A stretch of DNA of 64,000 nt from Macrostomum lignano (taxonomy: Eukaryota). Position 1 is the stretch's first letter. Every line of letters begins with the position of its first letter. Below are positions 27,142-64,000 of the stretch, one piece after another. The notes under the pieces were generated by a model that worked only from the letters and a program-made list of their open reading frames with translations, ran no database searches and was not told the DNA's origin. The stretch spans positions 1 through 64,000 of the forward strand of contig NIVC01002751.1 in the NCBI GenBank assembly GCA_002269645.1. The letters run 5' to 3'. The translations under genes were made by a program, and so were the position numbers.

Positions 27142-27956
27142 TCTATCTCCTATACGGTACATATAAAAACGAAAACTGTGTATGTGTGTGTACTAAGCTT
27201 GTTACGGACTCGCAAACCGCTCAACCAAATGACACCAAATTTTGCACTCACCATAAACTCACTACCGAGAATGAGAGAGGAGAGAGCAGAGACGAGACGA
27301 GAGAAAAAGAGAAGAAGCGAGAGAGGAAAGAGAATTTTTAAGCCAAGGCCCAAGGGACGTAGAGAGAACAGAGGCCGGAGTTTTCCCACGCATGCGTTAA
27401 GAGTTCAGATACCTGGTTGGTTACCATTTTTACCTCTATCCAACTATTGACAATTTTTTGTTAGAATTTGATTTCAGAATTAAGAATGTCAGGAAAAATA
27501 GTTCTGGGGATTGGAATTCCACGAGTTCAAAATCCGCGGTTTCAACAGCTTGTAGTAAGTACATAAACGTAACCTTATTGGCATTTAGCTGCGAGTTCAT
27601 GCTCTCTCCTATGGCCAAGCGCTCGTCCGGCTGAATTAACTGAATTTCCAAGAAAAAAACAGCTCCGAGAGACAAGAGGGAATGTACATTGCAAACCAGC
27701 CCCCCACCCCCCCGCGGAGTGAGGAGTGCTATGCTATCTACGAGCGTACTTTATTTTTCGTTCCCCTATCTCGCCGATTATTTCCTGGAAATTTCAACCA
27801 GTGAAGTGCGCTTAATGACGGATAGGGCTACGCTACATTCAAGCATACGAGAGTGCAGCTCAGAGAGAAATAAAGATCACGTGATTTCCATCAACCCAGG
27901 GCTTAACTTAGCGGCAACGCGATGCACTCGGTCAGTGGTTGGTCGGGGCCCGCTAG
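27142..27956 (+). mobile_element. Helitron-like non-autonomous segment
   Basis: Begins A|TC TATC...ATATAAAAACGAAAACTGTGTATGTGTGTG...CGCTCAACCAAATGACACCAAATTTTGCAC, resembling common Helitron 5' ends. Candidate 3' end is a GC-rich tract then CTAG at 27953-27956, followed by A rather than T, so the 3' boundary is uncertain. Confidence 0.45.
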
Positions 27957-28168
27957 ATTGTTAAAAATAAGCGGAGGGAGAGGTTAGCACAGCGGATACC
28001 GCTCGCCGCAACTAAATTTCCAAGAAATCTTAGGATTTTTTGGAAACCGAAAAAAATTACGGACAGTAGACCCTCGCACAGCGTACTTGTTCATTATTGT
28101 GTGTTGCGGTGGCGCTTTCTTGGAAATTCCAAGCTCAACTTCCCACCGCCTGAAAGTGTATATATATA
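27646..28168 (+). promoter_or_regulatory. Putative viperin promoter: 4 GAS-type palindromes, ISRE-like, kappaB-like and TATA-like elements
   Basis: TTCCAAGAA 27646, TTCCTGGAA 27782, TTCCAAGAA 28018, TTCTTGGAA 28117; GAAACCGAAA 28043; TGGAAATTCC 28121; TATATATA ~28158. Confidence 0.6.
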
Positions 28169-28277
28169 CACAGAGGCTGGACGCGACGGATGGTCACCAC
28201 CATAGCAGCTTTCGTGTTTGTTGAAATCTCTGATGTAAATATCCATTGATCAGTTTGATAGAAAAAAATATCTAGAC

Positions 28278-30470
28278 ATGCCAATAGTTTTGTTTAACAA
28301 TATCGAGGGCAGCTTGCCATCGAGTTTGATTACGCTGGTTAAAATCGCTCTGACTCATCTGGGTCACCTGGGTCAGCTGGCTCTTGCCAATGTACGCGGA
28401 TTTATATTCAGGCGTACATTGGACGCTGGCAGAGATACAAACGATGAAGCTGAGAAGCCACGAGCCGCCGGCGCCGCCCCGCCAGAGTCTGTGGTGCCGG
28501 TGAGCGTCAACTATCACTTCACCAGGCGTTGCAATTATAAGTGTGGCTTCTGCTTTCACACGGCAATTAGTTCGTTTGTACTGCCGCTGGAGGAAGCTAA
28601 GCGAGGCCTGCGGATGCTGCAGGAGGCTGGTAAGGCTGGTTCGATTGTTGGTCCATGGTATTTTACTTTACTTTGCACTTTGCAGACGGTGAGCTCCATT
28701 TTAAGCACCGGGCTACGGGCGCCCATTGAAGCACCTGTAGGGCTGGGAGCAGCGCCGCCCATTGAAGCACCTGTGGGACTGGGAGCAGCGCCGCCCATTG
28801 AAGCACCTGTGGGACTGGGAGCAGCGGCGCCCATTAAACAGCCAAGGCGCCCGTGCGTAGACCAACGCTGTCAGTAGTATAGTGAAAGTATGAAACTCTG
28901 TAACCACCCGCAGGCATGCAAAAGGTGAACTTCTCAGGCGGCGAGCCGTTCCTCGAACAGCGGGGTCGCCTGCTTGGCGAGATGGTCCGCTTCTGCAAGG
29001 AGACTCTCGGCCTGCCAAGCGTCAGCATCGTCAGCAACGGCAGCCTCATCACCGAGGAATGGTTCCAGACCTATGGTGAGTGAGCTGCTCTGCCCCCGAT
29101 GAAAACTGTGACAGACACTAAGACTTGCAGACAGACGCTAGGTCAGATACTGAGACAGACGCTAGGTCAGATACTGAGACAGACGCTAGGTCAGATACTG
29201 AGACAGACGCTAGGTCAGATACTGAGACAGACGCTAGGTCAGATACTGAGACAGACGCTAGGTCAGATACTGAGACAGACGCTAGGTCAGATACTGAGAC
29301 AGACGCTAGGTCAGATACTGAGACAGACGCTAGGTCAGATACTGAGACAGACGCTAGGTCAGATACTGAGACAGACGCTAGGTCAGATACTGAGACAGAC
29401 GATAAGACAGATACTGAGACAGACGATAAGACAGATACTGAGACAGACGCTGCTAAGACAGATACTGAGACAGACGCTGCTAAGACAAATACTGAGACAG
29501 ACGCTGCTAAGACAAATACTGAGACAGACGCTGCTAAGACAAATACTGAGACAGACGCTGCTAAGACAGATACTGAGACAGACGCTAAGACAGAGTTGCA
29601 ACAATACCCAACCGTACCAAAACTCTCCAGGCGAGTGGCTGGACATCCTAGCCGTGTCCTGCGACAGCTTCGACGAGGCCACCAACCGGGCCATCGGACG
29701 CCACGCGCCCCGGAGCCACCACCTTGATAAGCTTTACCAGATCAGCGAATGGTGCGCTCGCTACCGGGTGGCCTTCAAAATCAACACCGTTGTCAACACG
29801 CACAACTGGCAGGAGGACATGGCTGATCAAATCCTGGATCTCAACCCGTGCCGCTGGAAAGTCTTCCAGTGCCTCCTAATCGGCGGCGAGAACTGCGGCG
29901 AGGACAGCCTGCGCCACGCCGAGACTTTTGTGGTCACCGATGAACAGTTTCGCAGCTTCCTTGACAGGCACAGCCGCGTGGAGTGCCTGGTGCCGGAGAG
30001 TAACGAGAAAATGCGCGACAGCTACCTCATACTGGATGAGCGGGTGCGCTACTGCTTCTAGAGGGGTCCTTGCAATGGGGTTTGCTAGCTGATGACGTCA
30101 TTGACAATTTGGTGACGTCACCGGTGAAGACGTAATTTGTAATCAACAACGTCATTCGCTATTTATTGCATCATATTATACTTCTTGATGACATAATCTT
30201 GGATTTATTACGTCATTTTCTATCATTAGATGATATTCAGAACCATATGTTGAAATCGTTGAATATCTCGACGATCTAGAACGGGTTAGTCAACCAACAA
30301 TCCCACAGATGCGCTTCCTCGACTGCACCCGCGGCCGCAAGGAGCCCTCGCGCAGTATCCTGGATGTTGGGGTCGCCAACGCCATCTGTTCCAGCGGCTT
30401 CGACGAGGCGATGTTTCGCAGGCGAGGCGGAGTATACCAGTGGAGCAAGAACGACATCATGGAGTGGTAA
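28278..30470 (+). CDS. RSAD2: Viperin (radical SAM antiviral ddhNTP synthase), 4 exons, 362 aa
   Basis: Exons 28278-28629, 28914-29075, 29631-30043, 30309-30470; all GT-AG and phase-consistent (1089 nt). Motifs [88 protein letters not shown]|[25 protein letters not shown]. Confidence 0.97.
28719..28835. repeat. 39-bp repeat x3 in viperin intron 1
   Basis: Unit GCCCATTGAAGCACCTGTGGGACTGGGAGCAGCGCC plus 3 nt. Confidence 0.85.
29128..29592. repeat. 24-bp minisatellite (27-bp variant) in viperin intron 2
   Basis: Unit GACAGACGCTAGGTCAGATACTGA. Confidence 0.95.
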
Positions 30471-30955
30471 CGCCTGCCTAGCCAGTCAGCTGATGACTAC
30501 TGACTACTGACGTCATCAAAATCTATGGGACCTCCTTTTTTAAATACTATTCAATCTGTTTCTATTTACACATTATTTAAGTAAATTTATAATTTTTATC
30601 TATGCTAATCTACCATACAAAAAAATCTATGCTATAATCATGGCAGCCCCCGCTTTGTTTAGAACTCCTTTTTTAATCTGTTTTGCAAATTTTCATGACA
30701 TTTTTGAACTACGAGTTATGTAGCCAGTTTTGACCACATCTGTACATAAATTTCTCGTTTAGTTCCTCATACTTATGGAAACCGTGACCTATTGTATCCA
30801 TCGTTTGTTATAGTTCCCAATTATATAATACAGTCAGTTTGCTTTTGTTTAAACATGCGTATCCAGAAATTGCACCAATATATGGTGTACTATTTTGCAC
30901 GTTATGTGACTTTTTATTGGACTGATTTTGACTCGACCTTTTCCCTTGTATATTC

Positions 30956-31430
30956 ATCTTTCTCTTGTCTGTCTCCGTCTTTCTCTCGTCTGTCTCCGTC
31001 TTTCCCTTGCCTGTCTCCGTCTTTCTCTTGCCTGTCTCCGTCTTTCTCTTGCCTGTCTCCGTCTTTCTCTTGCCTGTCTCCGTCTTTCTCTTGCCTGTCT
31101 CCGTCTTTCTCTTGCCTGTCTCCGTCTTTCTCTTGCCTGTCTCCGTCTTTCCCTTGCCTGTCTCCGTCTTTCTCTTGTCTGTCTCCGTCTTTCTCTTGCC
31201 TGTCTCCGTCTTTCTCTTGCCTGTCTCCGTCTTTCTCTTGCCTGTCTCCGTCTTTCTCTTGCCTGTCTCCGTCTTTCTCTTGCCTGTCTCCGTCTTTCTC
31301 TTGCCTGTCTCCGTCTTTCTCTTGCCTGTCTCCGTCTTTCTCTTGCCTGTCTCCGTCTTTCTCTTGCCTGTCTCCGTCTTTCTCTTGCCTGTCTCCGTCT
31401 TTCTCTTGCCTGTCTCCGTCTTTTTCTTGT
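30956..31430. repeat. 21-bp minisatellite
   Basis: Unit CTGTCTCCGTCTTTCTCTTGC. Confidence 0.95.
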
Positions 31431-32296
31431 TCGTCTTCACCCGTCCCGCTCCTATCCAGTTTTTTATTGACATCTACGTGTGCAGCATATACTACTAACT
31501 TCAGCTCGGCGCCATTGAATCCAAAACGATACAATGGCCCTCCACCAGCCAAATAGTTGAAAATAAGTATGCCAATCAATCGGTGCCCATGTATGCATGT
31601 ACTTTTAGTAATATAACAAGAGCCGCGCCAGTACAAGCCTGAATCCCGCTAAAAGCAGTTTTCAATTATAGAAAAAAAGCACGCGCAAAATGTGCCGGCA
31701 GGCAATCCTCACAGCAAACTCGCTAGCAAATGACGTTTGCCTAATATCTCCCCGCATGCCTTGCTCGCTGACCGAAAGAGGCCAGGTTGCTGCGGTGAGA
31801 AAAACACTGCTTTCTTCTGTACTCAAAAAGGCATGCATTTTGTGTTCAGTCAACTTTGGCGCTAAAGCACTTCTTTTATCTTTCCTGCTTTCGACTCTGC
31901 TTTTTCTGTTTTTTGAGCCAGAGATTGCAGTTTATCCTGTCCAAAGTCTAAAGACATTCTGTTTCCTCTCTCCGCTCTCATCTCTGCTAGTGTTTTGCGT
32001 GAGTTTTACACAGCCATGGAACTTTTTTCTATTTGACTGAAAGCCCTTCTTATCAGGCTGGCTTGGCTTGTAAATTATGAAAACAATTCTAAATGTGCGA
32101 GCGCGACTTTTGTGCTGAAAGGAGATCATGCAGACGGGTAGGTTGCATAAAAACGTACTTGGTGCACTTTTAACTAAGCTGGGCAGCATTATGCAGGGAG
32201 TGGTTTTCAATTATGATAATGAGGTTTGGATAATTTTGTTGCATATTTGGCAGCCTTGCAGCCAGAGACAGGGGCTCACTGGAGACTCATTTTTGT

Positions 32297-32800
32297 CACC
32301 CTGACACACTGGCTTTGCCAATCTGACACACTTGCTTTGGTGCACCCTGACACACTCGCTTTGGTGCACCCTGACACACTCGCTTTCTCACCCTGACACA
32401 CTCGCTTTCTCACCCTGACTCACTCGCTTTCTCACCCTGACACACTCGCTTTCTCACCCTGACACACTCGCTTTCTCACCCTGACACACTCGCTTTCTCA
32501 CCCTGACACACTCGCTTTGGTGCACCCTGACACACTCGCTTTCTCACCCTGACACACTCGCTTTCTCACCCTGACACACTCGCTTTCTCACCCTGACACA
32601 CTCGCTTTCTCACCCTGACACACTCGCTTTCTCACCCTGACACACTCGCTTTCTCACCCTGACTCACTCGCTTTCTCACCCTGACACACTCGCTTTCTCA
32701 CCCTGACACACTCGCTTTCTCACCCTGACACACTCGCTTTCTCACCCTGACACACTCGCTTTCTCACCCTGACACATATTTACGTAACCCTGACACAGAT
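32297..32800. repeat. 22-bp minisatellite
   Basis: Unit CTGACACACTCGCTTTCTCACC. Confidence 0.95.
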
Positions 32801-33140
32801 CAAATTAACCTTGACGCAGGTTTAGGCAACTCTGACACAGATTTAGGCAACGCCGACTCTCCCATTGTATTGAATCCATTTGGTAAGCTATGGCTCTCGC
32901 AGGATGAAGTACTTGCCGCAAATTACCCTCTCAATACCTGAGTTAACTGGTCAGTTTTTCATTAGAAAAAATCGCCACACGCGCGTGACTTTCAGCGCTG
33001 GCACAGAATTGAATTGGAAAATGCGAGCTGTGAACAGGCACCAGCCAATGAGGGCCCGAGAAGCAGAACAAACCCAGCCCTGTGCACTGCACAATAATTA
33101 GTTCTGCATGTGGGCATGAATCGAGCGAGTCGGTGTCAAG

Positions 33141-61940
<28,800 letters not shown>

Positions 61941-61963
<23 letters not shown>

Positions 61964-62120
61964 GTAAGCAGGATGTCGGAGTGACCAAGCTAGGTTAGAA
62001 ATGCTTCTGAGTGCCCAATTTGCAATCAAAGCATGTCGGAGTGACCAAGTTGGAATCAAGGCATGTCGGAGTGACCAAGATGAAATCAAGGCATGTCAGA
62101 GTGACCAAGTTGGAATTGGT
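61941..62120. repeat. 30-bp repeat whose first copy spans the Caskin exon/intron junction
   Basis: GGATGTCGGAGTGACAAAACTGGGTAAGCA-like copies at 61941, 61971, 62001, 62031, 62061 and 62091. Confidence 0.9.
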
Positions 62121-62924
62121 CGGGGTTAACCAGATTGTTGAAGGAGGAGTCCAAACGCATGCTGGGGTGACTAATCTGGCAAGAGAGGGAGATTCAAACT
62201 GGTTGAATTTGATTATTCGATTCAACCGGTAAATCCCCAATTAGATTGTCCCAAGGATTCTATCAGCTTTTTTGCAGTTCCCAGTTTCAAGACGCGACAA
62301 TGACTAAGCGTTGCGTTGTGCGGTGCGACAGTTTTTTATGATGATTCATTATGAAGAGCCACGGGGATAGCTGATACAGAATACTGATGCAGCCCGTACA
62401 GTCAACCATCCGCCGCCCAGCTTCACTGGCGCAGATGAAGCCAATTTGCTGCTAAGCTAAGAAAAAGACTACGGTAGCTAAAATAACGAGAGAAAATAAG
62501 CGTGTGTTGCTTTGGCCAAAGAGTAGCCGAGAAAGGCCCAGATGGTTGGTAAAGGTGCGAACTGTATTTTCAGTTTAGATTTGTTTCAGTCGGCTTATGC
62601 CATAAGGCCCGCGTCAGCAGCTAGTTGGGATACGTTTACCCATCTCGATGCCCCCCCCCCTCCGTCGGCTTGTAAAACCTAGGGTTTATTGGTCTCTCTC
62701 TCTGCCCCGAACTGTCCTGCGTCATAAAAACTATTGGGGCTCTACCGTCCCAGAGAGAGGATTTCCGAAACTTTGCGTGGCTATTGGATCTGTTGGATCA
62801 AGCCACCCTCAACAAGGGGCTATTGAAGTGAATTTCGCCTAAAGGTTATCTGTAGGGACAGTTCTAAAACCTATTGAAAGATGCAAGCGTTTTTATTGGT
62901 TGTATAGCAGATCAGGTTCGGTCA

Positions 62925-64000
62925 GGTGTCAGTTTCTGTCGGGCGTCAGGTTCTGTCGGGTGTCAAGTTCTGTCAGGTGTCAGATTCTGTCAGGTGTCAG
63001 GTTCTGTCAGGTGTCAGGTTCTGTCAGGTGTCAGGTTCTGTCAGGTGTCAGGTTCTGTCGGGTGTCAGGTTCTGTCGGGTGTCAGGTTCTGTCGGGTGTC
63101 AGGTTCTTTCAGGTGTCAGGTTCTGTCAGGTGTCAGGTTCTGTCGGGTGTCAGGTTATGTCAGGTGTCAGGTTCTGTCGGGTGTCAGGTTCTGTCGGGTG
63201 TCAGGTTCTGTCAGGTGTCAGGTTCTGTCAGGTGTCAGGTTCTGTCGGGTGTCAGGTTATGTCAGGTGTCAGGTTCTGTCGGGTGTCAGGTTCTGTCAGG
63301 TGTCAGGTTCTGTCAGGTGTCAGGTTCTGTCAGGTTCTGCCGGGTATCAGGTTGTGTCAGGTGTCAGGTTATGTCAGGTGTCAGGTTCTGTCGGGTGTCA
63401 GGTTCTGTCGGGTGTCAGGTTCTGTCGGGTGTCAGGTTCTTTCAGGTGTCAGGTTCTGTCAGGTGTCAGGTTCTGTCGGGTGTCAGGTTATGTCAGGTGT
63501 CAGGTTCTGTCGGGTGTCAGGTTCTGTCAGGTGTCAGGTTCTGTCAGGTGTCAGGTTCTGTCAGGTTCTGCCGGGTATCAGGTTGTGTCAGGTGTCAGGT
63601 TATGTCAGGTGTCAAGTTATGTCAGGTGTCAGGTTCTGTCAGGTGTCAGGTTCTGTCAGGTTCTGCCGGGTATCAGGTTGTGTCAGGTGTCAGGTTATGT
63701 CAGGTGTCAAGTTATGTCAGGTGTCAGGTTCTGTAGGATGTCAGATTCTGTCAGGTGTCAGGTTCTGTCAGGTGTCAGGTTCTGTCGGGTGTCAGGTTCT
63801 GTCGGGTGTCAGGTTCTGTCGGGTGTCAGGTTCTTTTAGGTGTCAGGTTCTGTCAGGTGTCAGGTTCTGTCGGGTGTCAGGTTATGTCAGGTGTCAGGTT
63901 CTGTCGGGTGTCAGGTTCTGTCAGGTGTCAGGTTCTGTCAGGTGTCAGGTTCTGTCGGGTGTCAGGTTCTGTCGGGTGTCAGGTTCTTTCAGGTGTCAGG
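62925..64000. repeat. 17-bp minisatellite running off the window end
   Basis: Unit GTTCTGTCAGGTGTCAG. Confidence 0.95.

Noticed and set aside
28278-30470. Horizontal acquisition of viperin from prokaryotes
   Set aside because: Three spliceosomal introns, an N-terminal extension and animal-type motifs argue for vertical descent.

Overview
Eukaryotic (animal) genomic DNA with spliced genes. The TTAGGG telomeric motif, GC-rich exons and very high minisatellite load suggest a free-living flatworm such as Macrostomum (inference, not verified). Five co-oriented + strand genes can be reconstructed from GT-AG exons: a synaptophysin-family gene (~11.9-14.7 kb), NDUFB6 (17.2-18.8 kb), DPM1 (21.5-24.3 kb, with a 1-nt frameshift), an intact 362-aa viperin/RSAD2 (28.3-30.5 kb) and a Caskin-like ANK-SH3-SAM-SAM gene (33.1 kb to beyond the window end). 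About a third of the window is made of ~35 separate tandem arrays, which explain almost all long ORFs in the six-frame track. Mobile DNA includes a probable solo LTR, a 5'-truncated LINE, two decayed mariner elements (one split by a hAT MITE and a telomeric tract, one folded back into ~380-bp inverted arms), hAT MITEs, a tRNA-derived SINE and a Helitron-like segment. Top observations: (1) four TTTCYWRGAAA STAT/GAS-type palindromes plus ISRE-like and kappaB-like motifs directly upstream of viperin; (2) minisatellites anchored just downstream of 5' splice donors, one copied from the exon-intron junction itself; (3) recurrent TGTCAG and AGAATC/TTCTAAGAA cores shared by otherwise unrelated arrays. 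All coordinates and counts were made by eye; no searches were run.
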